This document shows, one piece after another, positions 1-12,900 of a DNA stretch of 64,000 nt. A program made the position numbers and the translations under genes. Origin of the DNA: Amphiscolops sp. MND2022 (Eukaryota); contig OZ076409.1 of the NCBI GenBank assembly GCA_964187785.1, positions 3,040,001-3,104,000 on the forward strand, given 5' to 3'. The notes beneath the pieces were generated by a model. The model did no database searches. It was given only the letters and a program-made list of their open reading frames with translations, and had not been told where the DNA came from. How positions within the stretch are numbered: position 1 is the first letter of the stretch; the number at the start of each line of letters is the position of its first letter.

Positions 1-642
1 TGAACGTGAAATACGTTTGAAAAAATTTCAGGTTGTGATTAACTTTGGCGGGTTTGTTATGTAACAAATGTTGAAAACTTTGAGAATTTGGGTCTGTCAT
101 TATTCAAATTTGATCTGAACAATGTGCTTGATCTGATTTTGAGTTGGTTTTGTTGAAATTTGAAAAGATTTGTTGATAATATTTGTGAATTTTTTGTATA
201 GGATAGCACCGAAAAATAATAATTATTACTAATTATTCTTTGAAAATAAAGCAAATAAATATCGGTATGGGTATGAATAAAAGATTTTTGGGCAAATAAA
301 TATGGGTGGGGATGAAATTTGAAATAGTAACTACATAATGAATAATTTCGGTAAAGTTTGAATTCTTTAAATATTAGATGAGTTTGAAACTTTTCGAAAT
401 GTTATCATGCACAGTGTTTTTTCTTTGAGTTTTCTTTATTATTAATTATCGATCATCTTCGGCTGAGCATGTGGGTGATGATGGACGATGGGAAGATGGA
501 AGAAGAAGGGTCAGCAGATGAATGAAGGTGGGCAACTGTTGGGCGGCGATGAAATTGAAGATGGGTGCTGATCTGTTGCTCGTAGAAGATGTAGAATTCG
601 AAGATGAGAGTTGACGGGTGCTGTTGGTGGCGTCTGTTGATG

Positions 643-1296
643 TTAGAAGGAAACGTAAGTATATGTTTTATGTGGATAGTTATCGTCTAAAAGTGCTTCT
701 GGGGGATCTTTTTGAAGTTCTTCGTCAGTGTCATCATTGTCATCTGAGGGCCAATATGAATTTAGACGTTGTTTTTCCATTTCGGAACGCATTCTATTGG
801 ATAGGGTTCGTAGTAAACGCTTGGGTTTGATTGTAGTATGTTCCGTTTGTGTAGTGGCATCCTTTTGAGTTGAATAAGTGTCAGGATGTTTATGAATATG
901 GAGATATTGGTCGAAATTTATTCTTGTTATTTGGAATATTTGGAACATATTAAGCAATATCATCCTTGTGAGATGTGGGTCAGCCTTTTTTTCTGTTCGA
1001 AGCTGCGCATTTAATGTCGTTAAATGCTTTTTCAGGATCAAGGATCGCAATCGAGCTGAAGAGATTGAAAGGAAAGGAGCTATCGGGCAGTCAATGTCGC
1101 CAGAGTGGATAGTTGTCATATTGATGAATGAGAAAATTTCGTTGAAAGCTGTAGAGGATACTTCGGAATTCTTCCTGAATGGGTGACCTGAGAGAAGGAA
1201 GGAATGCGGAAGAAGCAGTTGTGACGATATTCTCCTAAAATAGATTAGTTTGTTTACAATAAAGTTCCTTTGAAAATAGAATTTCGTAGTTGACAT
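643..1296 (-). CDS. Element A 3' accessory ORF (217 aa), unknown function, acidic C-terminus
   Basis: Open 217-aa ATG ORF in AT-rich DNA, same strand as gag; no recognisable motif. Confidence 0.5.
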   Translation of the reverse strand: MSTTKFYFQRNFIVNKLIYFRRISSQLLLPHSFLLSGHPFRKNSEVSSTAFNEIFSFINMTTIHSGDIDCPIAPFLSISSARLRSLILKKHLTTLNAQLRTEKKADPHLTRMILLNMFQIFQITRINFDQYLHIHKHPDTYSTQKDATTQTEHTTIKPKRLLRTLSNRMRSEMEKQRLNSYWPSDDNDDTDEELQKDPPEALLDDNYPHKTYTYVSF

Positions 1297-1640
1297 TTTT
1301 TTATTGAATTTTGTGATGTTATAACTTTTTAATTTTAAGTATTAAGTTGTTGTATTTTGGAAATATTTTGAAGGGTATTTAAATATCTTTCATATAAGTA
1401 CTTATTTGTTGAAATCGGTCTATTAAAAGGAGGAGCAATTGAAGAATTTCATTGAAAATTTTTATGTCGTGATTGAAATTTTTATGTTATTTCATTTTAA
1501 AAATGTATTTTAACATCAAGTAAGTATTAAATTCATGCATAGCAGGCATATGCGTGTAGATTCAACTATTTTTGACATGTTGTTAAAAGATTAAGTGATA
1601 AGTGTTAATAACTTTAAAGCTATTATCCCATAATTACCAG

Positions 1641-2933
1641 TTAAGATCGATGCATTTTTTCAATAGTGTAGTTGAATTCGTCTAAAGATGTGCGAATGCA
1701 CAAAGCTGATTGGCTAATTCTTGTCGTATCAAATACGATATTTTGTATTATGCTTCGAGCTTGTTCAAGGGTATTTACGATTTCAGCGATTGTTATAAGA
1801 ATATCTCGGTTTGGATGATGATACGGTTTTATGATATTCAGAATTTCTGTATATTTCTGTAATTCATCTGTTGGGCGAAAGCTTTGTGGTTGAGGAATAT
1901 CATTTTTGGTTTTCTTAGGCGATTCTTGTTTTGCCTTTTTATATTCTTTGTGATTTCCATTTGTAAGAAGTGAAAGCAAGTGGGAAATAATGAAAATTAA
2001 TTCATTGTTTGAATATCCCTTTTTGATCATTTCGTGAAAATAAGACTTTTCACAGTCTCCCAATGGTTGAGAGGCTATTTGTTGAAGTGGAGGAAGAGGA
2101 TCAGATATATGTTGAGGTATATCTTCTTGTAGTAACGAACCGTCGTTTAGAATGAGGTATTCTTGTGGAACAATGATTGGTCTTTTTGGGTTATCATTTG
2201 GAAGGAAGAGAAAACTTTGTTTCAGTGGGTCATAATTTCTAAGTTTTCCTTTTGTTTTGGTATGATCTATTAAATATTCTGAGTTGAAAGTGAATGGCGA
2301 TGTATATTTTGAGTTGAAGAATATATAATTATCGGGCTCTTTATATTGAAGGAACTTTTGATAAGTCATATGGTGGGCCTTTTTGATTTGATATGGCAAA
2401 AAATTTGCATCATTTTCTTCTGTTCGGAGATCATATGGAGATGGTCTGAGGAATTTGTATTGAAGTGAGAAAATTTTCACTTTATTGTTTAACCACCAAT
2501 CATATGGGGTAATCAGTTTTGAAGCAATTGATGTATGATAATCATTTTTAAATTCTCTGATGATGAATTTGTATTTTGTTGGGATCATGTATAACGAAGT
2601 TAACTGAGATTGAAATGTGAATTGTTTTGACGAGAGAATAGGAACTAATTCACAATCTCTATCTTCATCTTGTTTAATTGGTTTTATGAAAGGAGGGCAA
2701 GCGCCAGATTCCATAAAAGGTTTATCTGCAGTTATATCTGGGTACTTTCTTTTTTGAGATCTTGTGTTGACATGATCTACTTGTTCAATAGGGATATTTT
2801 CTATAGGATCTTGAGAGTTGGAGGAAGAGTTATTATCTTCGTTAACATTTTGTTGAATAGTTATATTCAAAGGGGTTGCAAGCAATTCAGAGGGATTAGA
2901 ATTAACTACATCAATTTCGGGCAAGGATTCCAT
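1641..2933 (-). CDS. Element A 3' accessory ORF (430 aa), unknown function
   Basis: Uninterrupted 430-aa ATG ORF directly downstream of gag; no signal peptide or transmembrane run, so not env-like. Confidence 0.65.
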   Translation of the reverse strand: MESLPEIDVVNSNPSELLATPLNITIQQNVNEDNNSSSNSQDPIENIPIEQVDHVNTRSQKRKYPDITADKPFMESGACPPFIKPIKQDEDRDCELVPILSSKQFTFQSQLTSLYMIPTKYKFIIREFKNDYHTSIASKLITPYDWWLNNKVKIFSLQYKFLRPSPYDLRTEENDANFLPYQIKKAHHMTYQKFLQYKEPDNYIFFNSKYTSPFTFNSEYLIDHTKTKGKLRNYDPLKQSFLFLPNDNPKRPIIVPQEYLILNDGSLLQEDIPQHISDPLPPLQQIASQPLGDCEKSYFHEMIKKGYSNNELIFIISHLLSLLTNGNHKEYKKAKQESPKKTKNDIPQPQSFRPTDELQKYTEILNIIKPYHHPNRDILITIAEIVNTLEQARSIIQNIVFDTTRISQSALCIRTSLDEFNYTIEKMHRS

Positions 2934-3132
2934 TATTTAAACTTGCGTGTTTTTGTAGAGCTAAAATAATAATTATAACATTTGGTTACATTTTTTCTAA
3001 TACTAAGGAAAATTTTTGTTATGTCTTTTCTATCCATTAAATTGTTTGTTAAAATTAAAGTTTAAATTGTACTTACAATATGGGAATACTGGGTCAATGA
3101 TGGGTTGAACACATCAACAATCACAGTGGCAT

Positions 3133-5805
3133 CTATTCCAGGAATAGAAACTTCTGTGATTTCGGTCGTTTAGATGGACTGAAAATCCATCGTGATCTTT
3201 GGTTATTGTATTTCTGGTATTCGTCATCACGTTGTTTTTGATAACAATTTGAAATACTATGATTATTTTTATGACAAAAGGAACAATATTTTCTATACGC
3301 TGGTTTGCTTTTGTTATTTGGGTCTCCAGTTTGAGTAACCATTAGCTGATCTTCGTATTCAAATTCTTTTTTGTTAGTATCTTCTTCAAGCGATACTTTG
3401 TTTATTTCTAAGGCTAAGTCGTTGGTTCTGATTTTTTCATTAGCAATATCTTCTGAATCGACATGTCTAACAAGTGTATGAAATGGTATTGAAGGTTCAA
3501 GTAATGTTGATACATGTTTAACTTGTCGTTTATGGGCAAAATCTTTTAATTTCTTTGGTAACCCTTTTGTAAAGATTTCGTTATTTTTGAGATTTATGGT
3601 AGCTGCATTTTCATTACACCATCCCTTTTTAACTAATTGTTGTACTCTAAGGGCGAAGTGGCGAACTGTTTCATTATCCTTTTTCATGAGTGACATAGCT
3701 TCTACTTGAGCGTAGTAAGCAGTTTTTTGAGATGAGAATTGTTTTTTAAAAAGTTGTACAAAGGAATTCCATTGTTGTTTATATGATATATGGAGGTTAG
3801 TGTACCAATCGAGAGCTGTTCCTATTAATGAACATTGTATGTAAGCCATGCGTCTATTATGCCAAGATTTGTATTTTATAGGATTATTTTGAGGTTCTTC
3901 ACCTATGGCGAAGGTTAATCTTGCTTCGACTTGTTGTAGATATTCTTCAGGGGTGTAAGAATGGTCCAAACCATCAAAAGGTTTCATAGGTTCTGGTATT
4001 GAAGCGGACATGTTTATAAAAGTATCTTGCGGCATTGGGAAATATTGGGGTGGCGGAGCTAATTGTTGTGTGAGTGGTGGAGGTATATGTTGGATTGTAT
4101 TTGATGGTAATGGGTTAGGATTAGGGTTAAGATTTGGATTTGAATGCGTTTGATACAGAGGATCAGTTGGTATATGTGTGAGTGGAGGATTATGAAGTCT
4201 TCTTTGAGAATTCTGTGTAATATTAGAATAAGAAATGGAAGTACACGAGGTTCCTCGATTTTGAGAATGTATATTCTGGGACGTTTTGGTATTTGATAAT
4301 TGTATGAAGGGATTTTGTGTTGTTGAAATTGTATTAATTTGAGAGTGGTTTTGGCTTATATTCGTATTGGTAGTTGTGTTTGATGGAGGATAAAAGTTAT
4401 AATTAAATGAATCGTAATATCGGTTGGAAGTTTGAGGATTATCATTAAAATTGTTGCTAGAAGTGGTCGATCTGTTTGAGCGAAAGGCGGAGGGAATTGA
4501 TGGAGGATCATATCTAGGTCGAGTAATGTATCTTGTAGAATCAGAGGTAGTTCTTGTTGGGGATGCAACATTAACAGAAGTATTGTGAGCACTAGATGTA
4601 GTCATATTATCATATTGTAATGTATCATGGGTTTCATCGTTTATGTCATCTGTATGTGGAAGGTTAAAAGTTATATTACGGTTTGGAGATGTATCTAAAT
4701 GAGATTGAGGACTATGTATATTTTTTCCTTGATTTATAACTCTAGTTGGAACTCTAAAGGAGTAAGTATGTACTGATGTTGATGTCCCTGTTTGTGATGG
4801 ATTATGTGTTGAAATTGTAGATTCTTGGGTAGTAAACTCATTATCGTTATAGTTTTCAGGTTGATTTTGTTGTTGGGTTGTATTTTCTTGATCGGTGTTA
4901 TCATCTTCAGTAGAATTGTTAGTGTTAAAATGTAAATTTTGTTGATCTTGAGAATTTTGTTGATAGTGGTAAGGTCTATTATCTGGGAATAGATCATTTT
5001 CTGTAATTAATAGAGGATCGAAACGTATGTAATCTAAGGTTTGTTTTGTAATTAATTGTGGTTTATGAAAATAAGGGTGTTCATTTTGTTCGCTGATAAT
5101 GAATGGTAAACATTCTTCTGATGTAAATTGATCTGGGAATTCTGTAAAAGCAGGTTGATCTTGTTGAGACCATAATAATTGGTAATTAAATCTGAAATAT
5201 TTTCTAAGAAATAAAGATATTACTTTGATCTGAGGAATTGTTTGGTTATTTAATGTTAGGTCTTTGAAGTAGTGGTAGATGAAATTTTGAATTTGTAATA
5301 TATCAGTTTGTAACCAATGATGAGGATTGTCTTCAGGATTAACCAATGTTTCAATACTTTCTACGTCGAAATTGTCTATGTATCTTTGAAGATCGTCGAG
5401 TGCATTTGGACTATATTTTGGAATTTCGTGTGCTAAATTGTGGTCTTTTACATTATTTAGAAAAGCATGAAAGACTTGTTTAATAGGAACTTGAAGGTTT
5501 TTTGGGTTTATTGTTCTTCTGTATATATGAGATGAGTTAAATTTTTGTTGAGGAAAGGATATTTGAAAAGTTGGGTATTCTTCGGTGATTGTTAAAACTT
5601 TATATCTAATATAGAAAAGGTATGTGTCCAAATGTTCTCTAATAAGAGGGATTGTTTCAATTGTGTGTGGTTCATTTTCAAATGGGAGTGGTTGTGTATA
5701 ATGTGAAAGAATGTTTTGTAGAAATGGGTTTAGTTCTAATTTTACAACTTTTGCATTTTTAATGGTGGGAGTTTGGAAAGGTAGAGGGGTTGTCGTTGAG
5801 GACAT
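3133..5805 (-). CDS. gag: Gag of element A (890 aa): N-terminal extension, low-complexity linker, capsid-like domain, CCHC knuckle
   Basis: PFDGLD..YL...WY..L..W..F...FKKQF capsid pattern; CSFCHKNNHSISNC knuckle; ends abruptly in an unrelated tail (WIFSPSKRPK...). Confidence 0.85.
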   Translation of the reverse strand: MSSTTTPLPFQTPTIKNAKVVKLELNPFLQNILSHYTQPLPFENEPHTIETIPLIREHLDTYLFYIRYKVLTITEEYPTFQISFPQQKFNSSHIYRRTINPKNLQVPIKQVFHAFLNNVKDHNLAHEIPKYSPNALDDLQRYIDNFDVESIETLVNPEDNPHHWLQTDILQIQNFIYHYFKDLTLNNQTIPQIKVISLFLRKYFRFNYQLLWSQQDQPAFTEFPDQFTSEECLPFIISEQNEHPYFHKPQLITKQTLDYIRFDPLLITENDLFPDNRPYHYQQNSQDQQNLHFNTNNSTEDDNTDQENTTQQQNQPENYNDNEFTTQESTISTHNPSQTGTSTSVHTYSFRVPTRVINQGKNIHSPQSHLDTSPNRNITFNLPHTDDINDETHDTLQYDNMTTSSAHNTSVNVASPTRTTSDSTRYITRPRYDPPSIPSAFRSNRSTTSSNNFNDNPQTSNRYYDSFNYNFYPPSNTTTNTNISQNHSQINTISTTQNPFIQLSNTKTSQNIHSQNRGTSCTSISYSNITQNSQRRLHNPPLTHIPTDPLYQTHSNPNLNPNPNPLPSNTIQHIPPPLTQQLAPPPQYFPMPQDTFINMSASIPEPMKPFDGLDHSYTPEEYLQQVEARLTFAIGEEPQNNPIKYKSWHNRRMAYIQCSLIGTALDWYTNLHISYKQQWNSFVQLFKKQFSSQKTAYYAQVEAMSLMKKDNETVRHFALRVQQLVKKGWCNENAATINLKNNEIFTKGLPKKLKDFAHKRQVKHVSTLLEPSIPFHTLVRHVDSEDIANEKIRTNDLALEINKVSLEEDTNKKEFEYEDQLMVTQTGDPNNKSKPAYRKYCSFCHKNNHSISNCYQKQRDDEYQKYNNQRSRWIFSPSKRPKSQKFLFLE

Positions 5806-7167
5806 TTTTAAAGTTTATCTCCTATCACTGTAAGTATTTTTTCAAGAAGAACACAAACTATAAATAAGACACAAAACGTGTATGTTGTAATGAGTACTAC
5901 TGTGGTAACCTTTTCCCACATGTTGTAATGTGAATGTTATAACGTTAGAATGTTTTATATAAAGATTTTCTAAGTTCGAGCTCTTGGGTAATTTCTTTGT
6001 TGATTTATGATATAGACGAAATATCGTTGATATCGTTCAATTAATCTTTCAAAATCGTTTGGTGTAGGGTTTTGAAGTGAACTAATTGGTGGAATGTAAA
6101 AGTTGAAAGGATAAATTTCTTGGTTTGGGTTCATAAAAGTTGTATTGTAATTTGAAGTTATTTGAGAAGTTAATATTTTGGGATAGAGAAGAAATAAGCG
6201 GTTGCAATAGGATCTGTATTCAACCTCAAAGGATTGCTAACAGAAACTAAATGTTATTTTAAGTCTGGATCTCTTTAAGGTGTCTAACATAAGGTTACTG
6301 ACACGTCCAGAAAAACTAAGATTGTTTTAATTTTAAGTGGGTTGTGTGTTTTAAGACTAAAGGAGTGGAACTCTGAACAATCAACGTCCACTATCTAAAG
6401 TCTGATCAATACTGATCAAGATCAGAATTTGATCTTTGTTTCTTTTACTTTTACTTTTACTTCTTGAGAATTTTGAAGATTCGAACGTAGTTCGGTGTCC
6501 TCTCGATTCTCCTTAAAGACGTTTACACTTAACTAAGGTTTTTAGTCAGTCTTAGAATCAGAGTACGCTGGTGAGGCTATCTGATTGGCTAAGTCTTACG
6601 GGAGGGAATAGGAATTGTGGGTGCCTGAAAGTAGAAAACTAACTTTACTTTCTTTGTTTTATTTACATGCCTTATTTTAAGTTTTAAAGCAAAAGAGTTG
6701 TGAAAATTGTATGTTGTATTTTGTTAAAATAATGGTTTTATAGGTTTATGTTAAAATTATTATTATTATTATTAGAAGTACTTAAGGGAAGTTTGAGTTT
6801 ATTTGTTATTGTTATTTTTGTTGATTGGTGAAAACATTTTTTTGGAGTTATGTGTATTATTTAGGTTTTGTGAATTTATTTGTATTGTTTGTCGACAATA
6901 GGGAAAGAAAGGGAATAGTGCGTGGTTGTTTTCGGTAGTTAGTCTTGGTTGCCTTTTTTTTGTTTTCAGAGTCTATTTCTGAATTTTTTTTATAGGAAAT
7001 TTTGTAGAAAGGGGATCCGAAACGTAAAAATAGAAAATCCAGGTTTTCTGCCAACACGAAGTTGATCTTGAGACGTATGTGCTTATAGGTGAACGGAGTT
7101 GGACATGCACTCAGTCAACTATTACACCAGGAGTCCACCTGACGTTCAAGATAGCAGGATTGAAGAA

Positions 7168-7502
7168 AGTTGCTGTGTCAAAGGTGTTAGAAAACCTTGA
7201 TAAACCAGACAAATGTTGCTGTGTCAAAGGTGTTAGAAAACCTTGATAAACCAGACAAACATCAAGGAACTGTTTCAACAAGCTTCCGGATTAGCTGTGA
7301 TAAATCAGTATGGAGAACAGAACTGTGTCACATTGGATAAATCAGTCTGGAAAAAGAAGAAAAACAGAACTGTGTCACAATGGATAAATCAGTCTGAAAT
7401 GAAACCGTTTCAACGTATTAGAAAACGTGATAAACCGGTATGGCTAGAAGAACAGGAAAAAGAACCGTGTCAACGTGTTAGAAAACGTGATAAACCGGTA
7501 TT
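7168..7502. repeat. Degenerate tandem repeats in the 5' UTR of element A
   Basis: Near-exact duplicate tgctgtgtcaaaggtgttagaaaaccttgataaaccagacaaa plus diverged copies (ctgtgtcaca..tggataaatcagtctg; caacgt.ttagaaaacgtgataaaccggta). Confidence 0.8.
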
Positions 7503-7741
7503 GAAGAAATTTTGTTATATTAAAATTGAATGTTGTAGTGGAGAAATTGTCTTTCGAACGATGATGTATTTGTTAATGAAATGTAGAAAGTCACAGACCA
7601 AACTTTCAAGAAATTCTAGAAAGATTTTACTGCAATTCCAGAGAATTTCAAATATGGAGAGTGGTATTTGTATGATTGTTGAGAGAAGAGAAATCATCCA
7701 GGAGAAAAAACAAGAGAAAAATTTTACAAGTCGCACCAATT

Positions 7742-8009
7742 TGTGCTGCTTTTAATGGTTGGTTATTGTTTTTATGGTCTTATACGCAACTCTTAAAAGC
7801 GGCTGAGAGACAGGCTGGCTAGCTTACTTTATTACAACTATTCCGAGGTGTTAGGAGTAGAACAAAAAGGAAGTCAACTGAATACTGATTATTAGTTTTC
7901 TCTCTCTGAAGGAGTAGAGATTTACAATCATTCAATAACAAATAAATGTACATTCTAGAACATTCTATAAACATCTAAATACTATTGGTTATTAATGTAG
8001 ATCAGTACA
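7742..8009 (-). repeat. 5' LTR of element A
   Basis: Minus strand starts TGTACTG and ends GCACA; ATTAAA near the end; TGGTGCGAC PBS-like sequence starts at 7738. Second LTR not in window. Confidence 0.65.
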
Positions 8010-9744
8010 CTACGCCATTGTGCGTGCAATTGAACCAAAATTAGTCAATTGAGCAGCTCAACCAGAACGTAGAAACGCAACATTCGCGCCATTGAACAGC
8101 CTCGAATCATCTGATTGGTCAAAATTGTGTTCACTGAATTTTTCAATGCACTGTAATTAAAGCACTTTTAAAATAAAGATAACGTACTGGGTATGTTTTG
8201 AATGAGATTGCCGGCTTCATATCCCGAAAATATCCCCGAGCGGAGTTAAGTAAGTGATTTCAACATTTTTTTGTTTTTCATTTTCTCAACCCCGTTTGAG
8301 TAGAGTTGTCCTATTTGCTATGACTCTGTTTTGCTAAAAACCTCTGTTTCTCTGTTTAGATTCAATAGTTGACACTGCTGGAACTTCTACTTTCTTCATA
8401 AATGCTCCTGCAGGCCATGAATGCGGAGATATTTTTAAAAAGCCTAAAAAATAGTGAGCATTTCGATGATAAACCTTGTACCATTACGCTATACTTTCCA
8501 AATCGAAAACACTTCCCACTTCGATACCAACTTGATAACGTTGTATTCACAATTTGTTTAATCAACTACTTTTCTGATGTAAACACCACTTCTTAGATGG
8601 CACGCTGAAGATGACGCTTAATTACAATTTACAACCACGTGACTGAAGATTTTCGGCATTAAAATGTCTGTCAACCCTGATTAAAACTTCTTGAACTTTT
8701 TGCATGTACTTTAATGTTGCCAGCCCCTTTCATTTGGATTTTCTGAAACTCTTACGGAAACTTTCATGCGTAAGTATATACCTGTTGTATTCGAAATTTA
8801 TCAAGATGCTTGAAAGATTCATCAAAGGTTTGACAGCTACTTTTTTCCCTCAATTTTTGCAGGTTTCATCAAGAAGCAGTTCTAAGTTCAAAAGCAAATA
8901 AATCGCTCTCAGATCAACAGCCATTTTTATGCAAAATAACTTCAATCACGTAATAGACTACAAAATAGCGCCATGTTCAGCGTCCTATTTGAGAAGCGGT
9001 GATCACATCAGATCAGTTGTTGAGAAAACACAGTGTTAGTACAAAATGATCGTGTCGGTGATGATGTCTTTATTTTAAAAATTTAATTGCAGTAATAGAA
9101 AATGATGTGTAAGTCTACAAGATTTACTACCTGAATTATCACTGAATTTTTTAGATTTTATTTAAAAAATTACCCAGCATGCAGGCCTACAGCATGTAAA
9201 AAGTTCCTGCAGTCTCAACTAGGAAAGCAGATGATGAAATCTTTGTTGCTTTTAAAATAGACCTGATTCTCAGTAAAACCTGCAAAACTTCAAGGCTTGA
9301 CATTGCAATCAAATGTAGGATTCTTTTTCTAAGCAGCTCAATAAAAGTCGAATACAACGCAAATATTTTCCCATGAAAATTTTCCGTAAGAGTTTTAGAA
9401 ATCAAATAGAAGTTGGTGGAAACTTTAACGAACATGCAAAATGTTGAAGCAATTTCAACAAAGGTGTCATTTAAGTCTGTTGATTAGTTACATTAGCTGA
9501 ACGTTCTAGGACAATGTTGAATAGTTTCCGATTTTCCATAGTTTCTGATTTTAGCTCAATGTTCACTGAGTTTCTCAAAACAAACTGTTTTCTTTTCACT
9601 TTCTCTGTTTCATCTCACACATAACTCGGAACTGAATTTATTTCACAAATGGTCTAAAAATTGAAAATTTTTGCTATGGAATTGACTGATTAAGCGATCA
9701 AAAGGTTTTTCCCTGGTGAACTGAAGCGGCGGATGATGACTCAC

Positions 9745-9903
9745 AGATCCGACAGTGGCTGGTGGCTGGGTGTTTTCCAGCACCTGGAAGGTGTAGCTGG
9801 TCTCCAGGAAGAGGGGAGAGTTGTCGTTCTGGTCAGAGATGGTCACTTCCACTGTGGCCGAACTACTGGAGACCTCAGGCATGTTTGCTGATTTGACCAC
9901 CAC
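9745..9903 (-). CDS. Cadherin-related gene, internal exon f (VVVKS...DQNDNSPLF...VLEN...VGS)
   Basis: tttttAG acceptor, GTGAGT donor, 159 bp phase 0/0, DxNDNxP and xEN cadherin motifs. Confidence 0.92.
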
Positions 9904-12900
9904 CTAAAAAGAAGTCTGCCTTACCTAGAAGAAGATTCAATTTAATTTATTTGTACACCGTCATCCTTCATGATAATTCTCAAGTCACCAAAACTACTGT
10001 GATGGGACAAATTTTCGTTCTCGAGAATTTGGAGTGATCGAGAGTATCAACTGACTAAGCCTTGGTCAGCTAAAATAATTGATGAAGTAGTTAAAGGAGT
10101 CCAAAAATGCAGTATATTGGTTCCGTAGAAGCTGCGGGAAAATATATTTCTGCAAAAATCTCTAGAGAAAATCTGCACACTCTGTAAAGATCTTGCAGAT
10201 CTGTATGGATCTTCAAGATTCAGTGCAACGATCTTTGCAGGACTCTGCAGATCTGCACAGATTCGCAAAGATCGAAAACCCGGGAAGTTTCATCATAAAT
10301 TATGGAATTCAGCGTTCTTTTTCTTTCTAAAGAGGATACGACCCAAACAGTGTAAGTACTTTGGTTTGAGAAAAATCTTTGATGCACTAGCCGGAAAAAA
10401 TGCTTCGATCAAGAAGCTGACGTAAGATCAACACTTTCGGTTCAGCGCGAGTAGTGAAAATCATAGTTTTATTTTGGAAATCTCTTGAAGACGAAATTCT
10501 TTTGCATTTCATCGAGAGACCTGTTGCTTTAACAATTGATTGTTTGACAAAACAAATCAATCCTAGATAAAGGCACCATTTTGAATTTTCGCTATTATGT
10601 TCAAAAAAGAGTTCATATCACAAAAACGTCATGGTTTGAATAAAGCGACTTGAATGAAGAGTAGTAATAAGAAAGAATTAAAAATGTAGAAGATGGTAGA
10701 AGTAGTAATGAAAAGAAGCTTGAGTTTCAGAGTGTGGAGTTTTTACTATCAACCGGAACCCTTGAACGGGTTCATCATCTTGGTGGAGGTCCTGCAAAGA
10801 TACAGGGTACAAAGTAGTATTTGAGTGACTTAGTGAAAAAAGGCACTTTCGAAAAATTTTTTCCTAAGCTTTGATAAAGTTGAATAGTTGACAAGACAGG
10901 TATCCCGACCAAGTTCAAGTCCAAAAGCAGTAGGGGCAAAAACAATATCCAGTACTCATGATAAAGCACAAATATGAAATGAACAAAAACGAAACAGAGT
11001 AACAAAGAAGGACGAAGCTGGGCTTGAACTTTTTCTGGAAGAACCAAAGAAGAAGCTCATATAAATGATGAAATAATGTTTTACAGGAATTTTATACAAT
11101 CATTTTGTTTGTTGAAAATTTGTTAAAGATGCAGTTGATTGGTTTAGATGGGATAGCGAGGTGAATGAATTTTGATTGTAATTTTGCTATGTTGCTTTAT
11201 CCTCAGTTATTTACCTTAATCTAGTCTCTTCGGGTCTTTGCTGTTGAAATCTTTGATACTCATTATCCAATGCTGCTCTTTTTTTGTTGACTTTGTTGCC
11301 CGATCTCAACAACTCAGGCATTCTTGTCATACCCATGAAAACGTTGATGAACTAAGCCCTCGGCCACATCATTGGTTACGTGTTGCCGTACTTCAAGAAA
11401 ACGTTGTCTGCAATTTGCAGATTTTTTTTGTTCCGCTGTCCACTTAGTTCGCTGTTGAAGAGTTGTGAGATATTCTGGGGACCATCGTTTCCAGACGAAA
11501 CTCTTTGTTTGTTGACGTTGTTGGATATTTCTGATAAGTGTGAGGTCTGCTCTCTCGGGTCGGCCAGAGTTTGGAAATTTGAAATGTTAGTAGTGGTCGT
11601 CTAAACGAGAGATGTGAAGGAGTTAGTGTTGAAAAATTGTTTGGGTCATTGGCTGATGAAGTTAATGGACAAAACTTATTTCTCAAAAAATGGTGTCGAT
11701 TTGAGAGAGTTATGTCGTTAATTTTTCTATAGGAAGAGTTGTTTTTTGTGGTCCTCAAAAATTGTTGTTCGGAAGACTTAACCGCTTCCCAAAGACCACG
11801 GAAGTGGGGGAACAAGGAGGAATTGTGAGACTTTGAATCGTGTCGTAGGCAGTGAATGGTTGAAGTAAAACGTTAATTTTTTGCTAACGTTAATAGCTAA
11901 CATTCGTTGTATTTCAAGTTCAGATATAAACGTGCGAGAATTGTCACCGTAGATGGCAATTTGTAGTCCGCGGCGAGCGAAAAATTGTTGTAGGGTAGAA
12001 ATACAAACTTCTTTGGGGAATGACTTGACGGGTTCTATATGAACTCCATTCTTTGAAAATTGCGACGTAGATCGTTACTGTTTTTGTTGCTGTTGGGCCG
12101 CAATAGTCACGCCCGGTGTAGCTGAAGGGTGTTGAAGGAGAAATACGTTCTTGCGGTAAGTCTCCCATTTGAGGTTGACGTTGACGAATGTTGAAACGAG
12201 GGCATTGGGGCGTTTTCGAATGATGGATTGGGTAAGCCGAGTCAAATTCGGTATCCAAAATGTTCATCGTAGTGTTGACAATGTTAATTGCCAGCCTTCG
12301 TGAAGTCATTGAAGGTGCGTTTCAGGGATTAAGGGTGCGTTGAAGATAGACCGCCGGAGAACATTGGTTGGGAATTAGAAATCCAGGTGTTGCTGTTGGC
12401 GAGAAGTCCACTAACTCGAAAGATTTGTTTTTCTTCGTCGAAAAAGAGAGCATGGGCCTTAAGTGTTCTCTTGCGGGGCAACTTTGTGTATTGTTTGAGG
12501 GGTTCAAATTCTGGGAGTTGGTGCTGTTGGAATGTTAGGACAATTAGTAGTCTTGCTTCGTCAATTTCGTTGAAGGAAGGGTTGGCTGTTTTTTGTATAT
12601 TGTGTGTTGGGTTGTTTCTTGTTCTTCCTTTTTTCTGTTGATTGCTTTTTTTGTTTCACATTTGGAACAAACTTGAGGACGAAAGCGAAAAATTTGACGA
12701 TTTTCTTGAACCTCGAAAGATTGTTGGCTGCAACAAACTTCGAATTGTAGGTACAATTCGGATCAATGTGATCTCGGGGGTCCCATTCGACTGATGTGGT
12801 GAGTGATGAGTTCTTCAGATGAGGTCGTGGTTCCTTCTCGCCATCTTGATTGTCTTCTTCTTCTGCTACTTCTTCATTTTCTTTTTCTCCTTCTTCTTCT

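Larger units (their letters stand above)
1..8009 (-). mobile_element. Gypsy-type LTR retrotransposon A, internally deleted (no pol), with extra 3' ORFs; 3' end outside window
   Basis: On the minus strand: 5' LTR (TGTA..CACA) 8009-7742, PBS-like TGGTGCGA right after it, long 5' UTR, gag with CCHC knuckle, then two further sense ORFs; no protease/RT/RNase H/integrase motifs. Confidence 0.8.

Noticed and set aside
1641..2933. env gene
   Set aside because: No signal peptide, cysteine pattern or transmembrane helix
7243..7755. 170-aa ORF
   Set aside because: Non-ATG start; arises from UTR tandem repeats and crosses the PBS/LTR
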